Shown piece after piece: positions 1-9,538 of a DNA stretch of 64,000 nucleotides. The position numbers were made by a program, and so were the translations under genes. The notes below the pieces were generated by a model that made no database searches, was not told the origin of the DNA, and saw only the letters and a list, made by a program, of their open reading frames with translations. Each line of letters starts with the position of its first letter. The first letter of the stretch is position 1. The stretch is from Candidatus Uhrbacteria bacterium (GTDB lineage Bacteria > Patescibacteriota > Patescibacteriia > UBA9934), in NCBI GenBank assembly GCA_963822405.1, contig CAWGHH010000001.1, forward strand, positions 87,296 to 151,295, given 5' to 3'.

Positions 1-39
1 GTGAATTGGAGGAATTAAGCTTGCCGTTTGGTGAATCGA

Positions 40-75
40 AAAGGAGTCGCTCACGAGCGGCTCCTCATTTTATTT
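40..75. terminator. Bidirectional hairpin (GGAGTCGC...GCGGCTCC) flanked by A/T runs on both strands
   Basis: Inverted repeat read directly; a near-identical hairpin recurs at 3143-3170. Confidence 0.4.
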
Positions 76-181
76 ACCTAATAACTCACCTCTAGGCTAC
101 GCCCGAGGGTGGTTGGATTGGAGTAAAATAAAACAGCGGCCAGGGAAAGGTTCCCAGACCGCCGTAGCAACGACGTTAGCC

Positions 182-454
182 CTACCTCCACGGCTCAGAC
201 GACATATGTTCGTCCAAACTCTCTTCATATACTTCGCCATCTCGAGTCGGGTAGCAGTACCAGCCTTTCGACGCGTACTCCGTGCCTTTGTCGAGCACTG
301 TTCGATCCTTTACGATTCGGTCCAGCGTGTCCGTTGGGGCGTCAGGCTTGGCGGAGAACTCGACACAAGCCGACTGGAATTCCTTCCACAACGCCTCGCG
401 CTGTTCTGCGTGGGGATGCGGGGCAGAACAGGCCAAAAACAGGAAAATGATCAT
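182..454 (-). CDS. Hypothetical small protein
   Basis: ORF with a GGAGGG RBS about 8 nt upstream of the ATG. The overlapping + strand ORF is Arg-rich and antisense-like. Confidence 0.3.
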   Translation of the reverse strand: MIIFLFLACSAPHPHAEQREALWKEFQSACVEFSAKPDAPTDTLDRIVKDRTVLDKGTEYASKGWYCYPTRDGEVYEESLDEHMSSEPWR

Positions 455-568
455 GGTGCGACCCTCCGGTGAAAATCCACAAAGTATTTTGCGAATTTAG
501 TGAGAGGGCGCACCGTTGAAAGAATTTAATGAAGGGGCATTTGTAGCAATTCTCGTTAAAAAATGCAA

Positions 569-597
569 GCGGCGGCCGGGATTCGTCCCAGCCGCCT
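569..597 (-). terminator. Hairpin GCGGCGGCCGGGATTCGTCCCAGCCGCC downstream of the - strand gene 613..1230. It is part of a ~60-bp element repeated at 1327-1384
   Basis: Inverted repeat read in sequence. A second copy, including the CCACAAAGTATTT motif, lies downstream of the next - strand gene. Confidence 0.45.
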
Positions 598-612
598 TCG
601 TGTTTTACTGTC

Positions 613-1230
613 CTAATTTGGTCTGAGCCAGACCATGGAGTCGCGGACCTCTTTTCCGTAAAGAGACTCTACAATAGACTCGTAGCCCACACCTAATCGT
701 ACCGTCGGCAACTCGTTTTCGTTGTATGCGTCCCCGCAGACCAAGATGTGGATTCCGGAAGCTTCACAAACGCTCCGAATCTTGTCGACGAGCTCGTCTC
801 GAATGGAAAACTCATTGATGTTTTCTTTGGTTTCGAGCGCTCTGTCGATCAAGCCACTCATCGAGTCCCAGCATGTCTCGAGGAAGACGCGTTTTGTCTC
901 TCCGTACACCTCCATTTTCCAGCTGCAACAGTCCCCGCCGTAGTCGCCCCAGATGAGCTGACCGACTTTTGGTGCGCTCGGGTGGCGTAGGATGACGAGG
1001 CGATGTCCTCGGGTCCAGGCGGTAATCGCTTCGGGCCTGATGTGTTCCGGCATTCGTGCGATCACGGTTTCGATGGGTGTCTCTCGACAGTACTGAAGAT
1101 AGGTTTCGTAGACAGTCGTTTGGAGTTGCTCGTTTGACTCCTTCAGTTGTCGTTCAAGTTTTTGTAGTTCAGCTTCAGCCCTCGAAACTTCCACTCGCTT
1201 TTTTTCGGTGTATTTTTCGAGCGCCAGCAA
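613..1230 (-). CDS. Hypothetical protein with an N-terminal coiled-coil
   Basis: 205-aa ORF with no recognisable family. Confidence 0.4.
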   Translation of the reverse strand: MLALEKYTEKKRVEVSRAEAELQKLERQLKESNEQLQTTVYETYLQYCRETPIETVIARMPEHIRPEAITAWTRGHRLVILRHPSAPKVGQLIWGDYGGDCCSWKMEVYGETKRVFLETCWDSMSGLIDRALETKENINEFSIRDELVDKIRSVCEASGIHILVCGDAYNENELPTVRLGVGYESIVESLYGKEVRDSMVWLRPN

Positions 1231-1354
1231 GTCGGCCGTTATTGCGCCCAGGCTCTCCTTTTGGTGCGTATCGAGGATCGATTGGGGCGCGTTGATGTGT
1301 TTCGTTATGTGTCACCTCCCGCAAAGTCCACAAAGTATTTATGGTCTTTGTTAG

Positions 1355-1384
1355 GGTGGCGGCCGGGATTCGTCCCAGCCACCT
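1355..1384 (-). terminator. Second copy of the repeated terminator hairpin (GGTGGCGGCCGGGATTCGTCCCAGCCACC)
   Basis: Sequence repeat of 569-597, located just downstream of the gene 1390..2046. Confidence 0.45.
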
Positions 1385-1389
1385 TTCGG

Positions 1390-2046
1390 TCACAGTTTTT
1401 GCAAGGCATCGATATCCTTCATGAGTTCGTCGATGCGTCGTTTGCGCCACTCGCGAACTTCGGATTCGAAGCCATGCTTCTGTCTGCAGGCGTCATCCTT
1501 ATCATTTTTTGGCATGAACGGGATGACCGTTTCGGACAACTCGCCCATGATGACATCTGAAATCCACGGAGTATCTGGATTTGCAATGACCAACTTTTCT
1601 TTGACAGTCACGCTCCAGATGATCGGGATTTTAAAGAACCCTGACCAGTCTATCCCCCACGCACGCAAATGATTATATGCAGGGAGGTCTAGCACGTTCC
1701 TGTGCCATTTCAGGCCTAGATCGTCAGTGAGAGTTGAATACGATACATATTCAGATCCTAAGTGCCGATAGTGCTCACACCGGACCTGGACTGGTGAGAT
1801 CGTCATGCTCTGAAGTGGAACCGCCGCGGCAATGACGCGCTCCGTTTCGGTGATTACCTTCTCTGTGTGCCAATGACGGAGATCGTAGGGATCGTGGGGG
1901 TTGTTATTGTTCACGAAGGAGATGTTGTTGTTCCCGCCCACCATTTGATACCTCTGTGTGTGAAGGTTTCGACCGGCTGGTTTGCCGATCGACCCAATAT
2001 GATAGCATAAAATGTCACTAATAGCAATGTCTTTATAGACATGCAA
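1390..2046 (-). CDS. Hypothetical protein
   Basis: 218-aa ORF with no recognisable family. Confidence 0.4.
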   Translation of the reverse strand: MHVYKDIAISDILCYHIGSIGKPAGRNLHTQRYQMVGGNNNISFVNNNNPHDPYDLRHWHTEKVITETERVIAAAVPLQSMTISPVQVRCEHYRHLGSEYVSYSTLTDDLGLKWHRNVLDLPAYNHLRAWGIDWSGFFKIPIIWSVTVKEKLVIANPDTPWISDVIMGELSETVIPFMPKNDKDDACRQKHGFESEVREWRKRRIDELMKDIDALQKL

Positions 2047-2087
2047 TCATGCTATTTGTTGATATTACTAGATAAAGTTAATAATTT

Positions 2088-2110
2088 ATGATATAGTGTA
2101 AATATATCAT
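2088..2110 (+). promoter_or_regulatory. Perfect 8-bp-arm palindrome ATGATATA-N7-TATATCAT ending at the TrmB start codon; candidate autoregulatory operator
   Basis: Palindrome read in sequence within an AT-rich upstream region. Confidence 0.3.
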
Positions 2111-2848
2111 ATGAACAATATCGCAGAACAACTGGTTGCCGTTGGGCTGACCGACAATGAAATTAAGGTGTATTTGTATTTACTTGAACAAGGAATGTCG
2201 TCGCCACCGCAAGTAGCGAAAGGGACGGGGATCGCTCGACCAAATTTATATGGGCTCTTGCGGTTGTTGAAGGAGAAAGGACTTGTTGCCGAACACAAGA
2301 AGGGGACTAGAAATACATATTCGTCGACTGATCCGTCGGCTTTGGTTTCTGGGCTCGAGTCACGCACGGAAGCGATGAAACAGCTTTTGCCGGATTTGCG
2401 AGCACTTTATGCAGCGCAGGCGAACAAGCCGTCCATTAAGTTTTTTGAAGGCGTTGAACAGGTAAAAGAAATATTTTACGAGATGCTTGAAGCGAAAAGT
2501 GGACTCGGTGTGGCCTCGACCAAACAGTTATATGACGTTATGGGCTGGGACTTTATGAAATTTTATATTACCGAGATGCGAAAACGGGGAATAGTTTGGA
2601 GAGATATTATTACGCACGACTCGATCAACACTAGCGCTAAGACGCCAATTGGAATTTTGAAATCAATGTATGAGGCTCGATTATTTTCTAAAGACGTAAC
2701 AAGTCTGCCGGTTGATTTATTGATTTGGGATGATAAGATCGCCCTTATTTCAACTGAAGCGCCAGTTTTTGGCACGCTTATCAAAAATGAGGCCATCGCT
2801 AAGGTGATGCGCCTTATGTTTGAGCATACGTGGAATGACCTCGCGTAG
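2111..2848 (+). CDS. TrmB-family HTH transcriptional regulator
   Basis: N-terminal winged-HTH of TrmB type (LTDNEIKVYLYLLEQG...PPQVAKGTGIARPNLYGLL). A paralog is at 58370-59125. Confidence 0.6.
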   Translation: MNNIAEQLVAVGLTDNEIKVYLYLLEQGMSSPPQVAKGTGIARPNLYGLLRLLKEKGLVAEHKKGTRNTYSSTDPSALVSGLESRTEAMKQLLPDLRALYAAQANKPSIKFFEGVEQVKEIFYEMLEAKSGLGVASTKQLYDVMGWDFMKFYITEMRKRGIVWRDIITHDSINTSAKTPIGILKSMYEARLFSKDVTSLPVDLLIWDDKIALISTEAPVFGTLIKNEAIAKVMRLMFEHTWNDLA

Positions 2849-2919
2849 AGGCGGGGCTGGACTTTTTAGTTATTTTGTTGTATGATTTTCTGTTCGTAAA
2901 CCTGCAGTTTGGGGAGAAG

Positions 2920-3114
2920 ATGTATACCAAAGAACCAGAAGAGAAGAAGTCTGTCGGCGGCGGTTCCGACTGGGGGACGTTGTATGTCGTGTGCGTCGCC
3001 CTTGTGACTTGGTACACAGCAACGGACGGCGAGTCACGACTCGTACAACTTGTGCCGGCCATGTTCGAGAACGCCACGCACAACGTGTGGCAAGCGGTGT
3101 CCGTAATTTTCTAG
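2920..3114 (+). CDS. Small hypothetical protein
   Basis: ATG preceded by GGGGAG and followed by a strong hairpin at 3143-3170. Confidence 0.3.
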   Translation: MYTKEPEEKKSVGGGSDWGTLYVVCVALVTWYTATDGESRLVQLVPAMFENATHNVWQAVSVIF

Positions 3115-3142
3115 CCCGTGGACATCAGCCACGCGGGAAAAA

Positions 3143-3175
3143 CAAAAGGAGTCGCGCGTGCGGCTCCTTTTTTAA
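3143..3175 (+). terminator. Hairpin AAGGAGTCGCGCGTGCGGCTCCTTTTTT
   Basis: Stem and T-run read in sequence; similar to the hairpin at 40-75. Confidence 0.5.
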
Positions 3176-3232
3176 TGCTTATTTGGCGAGCATCTTTGAC
3201 CACTTTTATGTCAGCGGGTATATTTACTTTAT

Positions 3233-3436
3233 ATGGCCTCACTCGCAGTAAAATTGCGGCAGAAAGAAGTAAAGATTTTGCATCTGGAGATTGACCGCCC
3301 GCGTTTTGAACGGTTGGCGGGTATTTTTGGATTTTTCGGTCAAGGATTTTTGAATAGTATCGATCGAGCAGAGGATGACATTCGAACGGGGAAAGTAACC
3401 AAGTTAGGCTCATTGAAAGATTTACGAAAAAGTTGA
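3233..3436 (+). CDS. Putative antitoxin of a type II TA pair
   Basis: Small ORF overlapping the downstream RelE/ParE-like ORF by 4 nt. Confidence 0.35.
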   Translation: MASLAVKLRQKEVKILHLEIDRPRFERLAGIFGFFGQGFLNSIDRAEDDIRTGKVTKLGSLKDLRKS

Positions 3437-3717
3437 TACCCGCAGAAGTTTTGTTGACCGACGAATTTATTCGCCGTTACAGCGAATTGCCTTTGAGCAT
3501 TCAAAAGAAAGCTGAAGTACGAGAGGAGATTTTTCGGCATAATCCGTTTCATCCCTCACTTCATACGGAAAAGTTAAATCCACGGAAAAAGGAGATTTGG
3601 AGTTTTCGGATAGACTATAGCTATCGTATTCTTTTCCGTTTCGCCGAAGACAATACCATCTATTTTTTATCTGTTGGACCGCATAGTTGGATCTATAGAT
3701 ACATGAACCGAATTTAA
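3433..3717 (+). CDS. RelE/ParE-family toxin-like protein
   Basis: C-terminal pattern ...WSFRIDYSYRILFRF..DNTIYFLSVGPH typical of the RelE/ParE fold. Confidence 0.45.
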   Translation: MIPAEVLLTDEFIRRYSELPLSIQKKAEVREEIFRHNPFHPSLHTEKLNPRKKEIWSFRIDYSYRILFRFAEDNTIYFLSVGPHSWIYRYMNRI

Positions 3718-3817
3718 AAGACCCTCGAGAAGTCTCGAGAGCCTTTCCAATGACCCACCTCTAGACTCCTCGCCTTCGCTCGGAGACTAATGCGGTTTGA
3801 CTAGTCCTTACCGGAAT

Positions 3818-3850
3818 AACAAACACCCCCGAGATTTCTCGAGGGTGTTT
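3818..3850. terminator. Bidirectional hairpin CACCCCCGAGATTTCTCGAGGGTG followed by a T-run
   Basis: Read in sequence between convergent genes. Confidence 0.5.
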
Positions 3851-3853
3851 TTC

Positions 3854-4174
3854 TTAGTAGGCGAACCAAGGGAATGTAAAGTGGAAAATATTTGTGAGCA
3901 CTAGAGCAATGACCATGGAGATTCCGAAGCCGAGAGTCATGGCGTCACCGGATTGCATTTTACCGAACTTCGTGCCGAGATACATGGTTAGGATTGTGAT
4001 GGGCAGGAGAATGAACATTGGTCCCAGGAACGAGCTGCCACCGCGCGAACCGTGTCTAAGAGCAAATTCCCAGGGTGTAAGTATCGGTATCAGGAGAAAC
4101 GAAATAATGAGAGCCGCTAGCGCAACTTTTCCTGCAGCGGAGAACGTGAATTCTGGCGCTCCGTATCTACTCAT
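3854..4174 (-). CDS. Small integral membrane protein
   Basis: Three hydrophobic segments. Confidence 0.4.
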   Translation of the reverse strand: MSRYGAPEFTFSAAGKVALAALIISFLLIPILTPWEFALRHGSRGGSSFLGPMFILLPITILTMYLGTKFGKMQSGDAMTLGFGISMVIALVLTNIFHFTFPWFAY

Positions 4175-4176
4175 AG

Positions 4177-4587
4177 TTACCCCTCGACCAAAATCCGCAC
4201 AATGTTTGCAATGTCCATGTTTGCTAGGTTCTTTGGAATGGTTTCGCCGATGTGTTTGAGAACATCCGTGTGCATGCCTTCGGCGAAATGCGATTTGTTT
4301 ACTTCGGGGACGCAGGCGATAATTGTTTCGTAGCCTTCATGGCCAACCATCTCAAGCAGGCGAGTAGAGAGAGCGTGATAAAGTTCCTTCAAGCGATGAA
4401 TTTTCATCTTGTCGAGATCAACGTACGTTTCTTCGACGCGATCTGTCTCGGCGGTTTCCGGAGACTCAATAGTTTCGATTTCCTCAACCTCGCGATTTTC
4501 TGCCTTGAAGAGGCGAGCGCGTTCGTTGTTTGTAACTACGATCAAGGTCTTCTTCTCAAAAGGCGTATAGTGATCAGAGATTTGCAT
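4177..4587 (-). CDS. Host-attachment-protein-family-like protein (tentative)
   Basis: N-terminus KTLIVVTNNERARLF resembles the conserved start of the bacterial host-attachment family. Recalled, not searched. Confidence 0.3.
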   Translation of the reverse strand: MQISDHYTPFEKKTLIVVTNNERARLFKAENREVEEIETIESPETAETDRVEETYVDLDKMKIHRLKELYHALSTRLLEMVGHEGYETIIACVPEVNKSHFAEGMHTDVLKHIGETIPKNLANMDIANIVRILVEG

Positions 4588-4656
4588 ATTGCTTAGATAT
4601 TAGCACGAAGGGCATAGCAACGCCATGCCAGCGCATCTGAGGTATACTTTCCGTAT

Positions 4657-5349
4657 ATGGGAGGAAGATTGGGGGAAATACTTTCGGGCAGTGTCCGCGA
4701 GGTCGTTTTCGGCCTTGAGGATAGTTTTGTTTCGACTATGGGAGCCGTTTCGGGTATCGCTGTAGGGAGCGGGGACTCGCACGCGGTGGTTTTAGCGGGT
4801 TTAGTTGTGATTAGCGTCGAGGCCATTTCAATGGCGGCGAGCAGTTTTCTGTCGTCAAAAGCAGCTAAAGAGGTTTATGACGAGCGTTTCCGACAAGATG
4901 AATCGAGAATTTTGGCCGAGTTAGTTAGTGACCGTGAATCATTGCGCGACTTCCTGGCTCGCAAAGGATTTTCGAAGGTCGAAATGACTATTGCCATGAA
5001 AGCAATTGGTCGTGAACGTCGGTTGTGGCTCGACGAGGTTCATCGTTCGGAATTTAGGTTGTCGCCGGCAGCTTCTGGATCGCCCTTGTTATCGGGGATT
5101 GTGATGGGCGTGTGTTACAGCTTCGGCGGTATCGCTGTGATGTTGCCGTACATGTTTTTGCCGATTATCTTTGCGATGCCCATTACAATTTTGCTAACTG
5201 TGGTGGCACTATTCCTCCTTGGTTTTTGGAAGGCGAGTGTGGCCAACGTGAAACCGGTCAGAAGCGGTATTGAAATGGTCGCCGTCTCTCTTATCTCTGC
5301 TTTACTCGGAATATTTATTGGTCATTTGGTTTCGACGTATAATGGGTAA
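4657..5349 (+). CDS. VIT1/CCC1-family Fe/Mn transporter
   Basis: N-terminal cytosolic segment plus C-terminal TM helices with the typical VIT layout (GLEDSFVSTMGAVSGIAVG). Confidence 0.65.
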   Translation: MGGRLGEILSGSVREVVFGLEDSFVSTMGAVSGIAVGSGDSHAVVLAGLVVISVEAISMAASSFLSSKAAKEVYDERFRQDESRILAELVSDRESLRDFLARKGFSKVEMTIAMKAIGRERRLWLDEVHRSEFRLSPAASGSPLLSGIVMGVCYSFGGIAVMLPYMFLPIIFAMPITILLTVVALFLLGFWKASVANVKPVRSGIEMVAVSLISALLGIFIGHLVSTYNG

Positions 5350-6346
5350 TATGTTTTTACGACGACTCGCTAAAACTCGCGCTCCAGAATTTCCCACCGG
5401 CCTTACTTGGCTGAACGGGAAGCCTTTGAAGCTGGCCGATCTGCGAGGCAAAGTAGTGTTGGTAGATTTCTGGACATATTCTTGTATCAACTGTCAGCGA
5501 ACATTGCCACACCTTATTCGCTGGGACAAAACTTATCGAGATAAGGGTCTAGTTATTGTTGGCGTTCACACTCCAGAGTTCGCCTTCGAGAAGACCGAGG
5601 AGAACGTGAAGGCGGCCATTGTCGAGGCCGGCATTAAGTATCCCGTTGTGCTCGATCCAGATAACAAAGTGTGGAATTTGTACGCCAACAAGTATTGGCC
5701 TCAAAAATACCTCATAAATAAAAACGGGCATATTGTTTACGATCACGCTGGCGAGGGTTCGTATGCTCAGACCGAGCACGAGATTCAAAAGGCTTTGCAG
5801 GAAATTGGCGCAAAAGATTTGCCGGCCATCGGACCAGATGATTCGGTTGGTGGCAGTGTGTGTTACAGAACAACGCCCGAGACTTACCTCGGTTATCTTC
5901 GCGGTCGAATAGGGAACATGGGCGAGAATTTGCCGGACATGGAGGAGGCGTATACAGACAAGGGCGAGCATAAAGACGATACGCCGTATCTTCATGGTCA
6001 CTGGAAAATTGCGTCGGAGTTTGTCGAGCACACCAAAACACTGGCAACGCCGAATGAGTATCTCGCGCTCAAATATAACGCTTTTTCGGTGAATTTAGTA
6101 ATCGGTACAACTAACGGAAAGACAGCCACGATCATTGTCGAACTCGACGGTAAGCCACTACCAAAAGATTTTGCTGGAGAGGATGTACGTTTTGCAAAAG
6201 ATGGAACTGCTGAAATCATCGTGAAAGATTCGCGCATGTATCGGATAGTGAATGCGAAGATGTATCACAAAGGCACTCTGAAACTGAAAACAGTTAGCGG
6301 GAACGTGCGCATGTATGCCTTTACGTTCGGGGGTTGCGTGGAGTAA
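5342..6346 (+). CDS. Thioredoxin-like (redoxin/TlpA-DipZ-like) protein with a C-terminal domain of unknown function
   Basis: CxxC motif in a redoxin context (VVLVDFWTYSCINCQRTLPHL). Start chosen at the ATG overlapping the VIT stop. Confidence 0.6.
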   Translation: MGNMFLRRLAKTRAPEFPTGLTWLNGKPLKLADLRGKVVLVDFWTYSCINCQRTLPHLIRWDKTYRDKGLVIVGVHTPEFAFEKTEENVKAAIVEAGIKYPVVLDPDNKVWNLYANKYWPQKYLINKNGHIVYDHAGEGSYAQTEHEIQKALQEIGAKDLPAIGPDDSVGGSVCYRTTPETYLGYLRGRIGNMGENLPDMEEAYTDKGEHKDDTPYLHGHWKIASEFVEHTKTLATPNEYLALKYNAFSVNLVIGTTNGKTATIIVELDGKPLPKDFAGEDVRFAKDGTAEIIVKDSRMYRIVNAKMYHKGTLKLKTVSGNVRMYAFTFGGCVE

Positions 6347-6376
6347 ATAACCATAGTATTCTCAAATTAATAACCT

Positions 6377-6574
6377 ATGCGAAATGCGCTTGATATCACG
6401 CTGCCTACACATGCTCCCGAGAAACCACTTTTCGGCGGATTTCAGTTGCCGAAGTTTATTCGTCGGTGGATTTCTGGCCGTAAACTTGCCAAGGAACTTG
6501 AAGCGGGTCGACGTGAATACAAAGAAGGTAAGACGACGTCCTTTACTTCGTGGGACGATTTGCGTCGCGGTTAG
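6377..6574 (+). CDS. Putative antitoxin
   Basis: Small ORF directly upstream of the RelE/ParE-like ORF. Confidence 0.35.
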   Translation: MRNALDITLPTHAPEKPLFGGFQLPKFIRRWISGRKLAKELEAGRREYKEGKTTSFTSWDDLRRG

Positions 6575-6577
6575 TTT

Positions 6578-6835
6578 ATGGATTTGCAGCTTTCTCCTCG
6601 ATTTAAACGAGAAGCAAAAGGCCTCTCCGATCAGGTTTATGCGGAATTATCAGAGCGAGGTGATATTTTTCGAGCGAATCATTTTGATTCCAGACTCAAA
6701 ACACACAAGCTAAACGGTCCTTTGCGCGGATTTTGGGCATTTTCTGTAAATTATAGTGACAGAGTTATGTTCGAATTTTTGCCAAATGACGTTGTGCTTT
6801 TTCATTCTGTTGGCGATCATTCAATTTATGATTAA
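6578..6835 (+). CDS. RelE/ParE-family toxin-like protein
   Basis: ...GFWAFSVNYSDRVMFEFLPNDVVLFHSVGDH C-terminal signature; a paralog of 3433-3717. Confidence 0.45.
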   Translation: MDLQLSPRFKREAKGLSDQVYAELSERGDIFRANHFDSRLKTHKLNGPLRGFWAFSVNYSDRVMFEFLPNDVVLFHSVGDHSIYD

Positions 6836-7979
6836 TAAGTATCTGTACCTCGACTACGCCGCCGCCACGCCTGTACGCAAGGAAGCCCTTAAGGCGATGC
6901 TGCCATTTTTCAGGGTTTCTTTTGGTAACCCGTCGAGCATTCACAAGATGGGCGTCGAGGCGAAGAATGCAATCGAGTCGGCACGCGGTTACGTTGCGGC
7001 ACTTGTCGGTGCGCGAGCAGATGGTGTCGTGTTCACTAGCGGTGCGACCGAGTCGATCAACCTCGCCTTGTTCGGCGCACTTAAGGCGCATAGAGGTGTC
7101 GGCCGTCACGTGGTTGCGTCAGCGGTCGAGCACAAAGCTACACTCGAGGCTTTGAAGAATGAAGGATTCGAGGTTTCGCTTGTGCCGGTCGACAAAACAG
7201 GGCTCGTGAAAGTCGAGGACGTGATGTCCTTGATTCGACCAGATACAGTTATTGTCTCGATCATGGCCGTAAACAATGAAGTTGGGACCATTAATCCAAT
7301 CAATGAAATCGGCCGAGAAATTCTTCGACTAAAAAAACCAAAGAATAATTTGCCGCCTGCAAAGACCCCACTTTTTCATGTTGACGCCGCGCAAGCAGTT
7401 CAATATTTCGATCTAAACGTTGAACGTGATCATATTGACCTCATGAGTTTCGGCTCGGCGAAAATTGGCGGACCAAAAGGTGTAGGCGCTCTCATCGTCG
7501 GACCGAACGCGCGGATCGAGCCAGTAATTTTCGGCGGCAATCAAGAACGTGGCCTGCGCGCTGGCACGGAAAACGTTCCGGGCATTGTCGGTTTCGGCAA
7601 AGCGGCCGAGCTTGTACTCGCTGAGCGCGAAAAAGAGTCAAAGAAGCTCGCGCGCCTCCGCAAAGCTTTCATCCGCGAGGTCACTCGAGTAATTCCTGGC
7701 GTAGTAGTGAACGGCGACAAGAAACTTGTGGCCCCTCATATTGTAAATATCCAAATTCCTGGAAAAGATTCTGAGGAAATTGTGCTCCGGCTAGACGCGA
7801 AAGACATTTTCATCTCCTCGGCGTCTGCCTGTACGAACCCTGGAGCAAGAAGCCATGTCCTTCGAGCGATGGGATTCAATGAGGATGAGGTGAAATCTAG
7901 TATTCGGGTGTCTTTTGGTCATGGAACCCGGAGGAGGGATGTTCTTCATTTGGTACAAGAAATCCTTAAAGTTACTTAG
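6828..7979 (+). CDS. iscS: Cysteine desulfurase (class V aminotransferase, IscS/NifS type)
   Basis: LYLDYAAATP...SGATESINLA... plus a PLP-lysine region (SFGSAKIGGPKGVGAL). Confidence 0.8.
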   Translation: MINKYLYLDYAAATPVRKEALKAMLPFFRVSFGNPSSIHKMGVEAKNAIESARGYVAALVGARADGVVFTSGATESINLALFGALKAHRGVGRHVVASAVEHKATLEALKNEGFEVSLVPVDKTGLVKVEDVMSLIRPDTVIVSIMAVNNEVGTINPINEIGREILRLKKPKNNLPPAKTPLFHVDAAQAVQYFDLNVERDHIDLMSFGSAKIGGPKGVGALIVGPNARIEPVIFGGNQERGLRAGTENVPGIVGFGKAAELVLAEREKESKKLARLRKAFIREVTRVIPGVVVNGDKKLVAPHIVNIQIPGKDSEEIVLRLDAKDIFISSASACTNPGARSHVLRAMGFNEDEVKSSIRVSFGHGTRRRDVLHLVQEILKVT

Positions 7980-8095
7980 TTGCATTAAGAAAAATCGTCT
8001 CTCCCGAAAGCTCAATAGCCCACGGGCGAGCCTCGCCTACGTTCGGGAACCAACACTTTCCATAAAAGTCTCATTTCTTGTATTATTCTCCCCGT

Positions 8096-8359
8096 ATGAA
8101 ACTTCGCATAGTCGTTGATCCGGATTTGTGTATTGGGGCTGCTAGTTGTGTCACGGTAGCTCCCGATTCATTTGTGATGAACCCTGAAAATAAAGCGGAA
8201 GTACTTGATAACGGTCGCTCACCAGAAGGCCCAAAGTACGAACGAACTGTTGAGATGACGGAGGAAGAGAAGGACAATTTGATCGTCGCTGCCCAGTCTT
8301 GTCCAACGCTCGCGATTTCTATATTCGATGAAGCGGGAACTTGTTTGTACCCAAACTAG
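8096..8359 (+). CDS. 4Fe-4S ferredoxin-like protein
   Basis: CIGAASC...C cluster motif in a small acidic protein. Confidence 0.55.
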   Translation: MKLRIVVDPDLCIGAASCVTVAPDSFVMNPENKAEVLDNGRSPEGPKYERTVEMTEEEKDNLIVAAQSCPTLAISIFDEAGTCLYPN

Positions 8360-8362
8360 TAC

Positions 8363-9538
8363 ATGCGCAACATTCTCATCATCGGTGGTGGAATAGCGGG
8401 CACAACGGCGGCGGATGAGATTCGCAATCGTGATAAAGAATGCTCGATAGTTATTCTGGAAGCGGAAATTCATCCGTTATATTCGCGCGTTCTCTTGCCC
8501 CACTACATAAAGGGTTTGGTGGGTCGGGAAAAAGTGTTTTTGAAACAGCCACAGTGGTATTACGACAATAATATCGAGATCATGCTTGGCGTGCGCGCCG
8601 AGGAGATCAATTTAAAGAACAATTTTGTACTGACTAGCGAAGGCCGAGAGCTGCCGTTCGACGAGCTACTCGTCACGACCGGAACGGAAATCGACCTGCT
8701 AAACGATGATCGTCGTGGTGTATCGTATCTAAATACGCTCGACGACGCTGATGCGTTAGTGGCAATGATCGGCGACCTCAAAACTCGACCAATTGCCGAG
8801 CAACACGCTTTTATTTACGGTGGTGGATTTATTGCGCTTGAGTACGCAAACATCTTTGCGCATCATGGCATTCCGTTTAGCATTGGTATGCGCGGTAAAG
8901 GTTTTTGGTCAAAGATTCTTTCGGCTGAGAGTCAAAAAGTACTTGCTGATCACGCCGGAAAGAATAAGGTGCCAATGTATTTGAACGAATCGTCTATTGA
9001 ATTACTCGGCGACGAAGAATTAATGGGTGTTCGTTTGGCCTCGGGCAAAGAAATTCCCTGCGGCATTCTTGGTGTTGGAATCGGCCACAGGGCAAACGAA
9101 AAAGTAGTCATTGATGCCGGCATTCCAACCAATCACGGCGTCATTGCTAACGAATATCTCGAAACTAGTGTTGAGCATGTGTATACTGCTGGTGATGCGG
9201 CTGAGTTTGACGACGTAAACGTGGGGCGACGCATTCGTTACGGCAACTGGACAAACGCTCTCATGCAGGGGCGAGCTGTCGGCAAGACTATGTGCGGCGA
9301 GCGTACCGCAACTAAGTTTGTCCCAGCGTTTTCAATCGGTTTGCTCGGTTTGCAAATCGTCTTTATTGGCGACACCAGCCGGGAGCATGCTGAGGAGGTT
9401 CGTCAAACCGCCTTAGCCGACGGAAAAGCTGAGGAGGTATATCTTCGAGGAGGAAAATTAGTCGGAGCAGTGTTAATTGGCGACTTAGCTCGCCGAGGAG
9501 CACTTACAAAGAATATTGGCCAAGCCTATGTTGCTTGA
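8363..9538 (+). CDS. FAD/NAD(P)-dependent pyridine-nucleotide-disulfide oxidoreductase (ferredoxin/rubredoxin-reductase-like)
   Basis: GGGIAG dinucleotide-binding motif at the N-terminus and a second Rossmann GGGFIALE; adjacent to the ferredoxin. Confidence 0.65.
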   Translation: MRNILIIGGGIAGTTAADEIRNRDKECSIVILEAEIHPLYSRVLLPHYIKGLVGREKVFLKQPQWYYDNNIEIMLGVRAEEINLKNNFVLTSEGRELPFDELLVTTGTEIDLLNDDRRGVSYLNTLDDADALVAMIGDLKTRPIAEQHAFIYGGGFIALEYANIFAHHGIPFSIGMRGKGFWSKILSAESQKVLADHAGKNKVPMYLNESSIELLGDEELMGVRLASGKEIPCGILGVGIGHRANEKVVIDAGIPTNHGVIANEYLETSVEHVYTAGDAAEFDDVNVGRRIRYGNWTNALMQGRAVGKTMCGERTATKFVPAFSIGLLGLQIVFIGDTSREHAEEVRQTALADGKAEEVYLRGGKLVGAVLIGDLARRGALTKNIGQAYVA

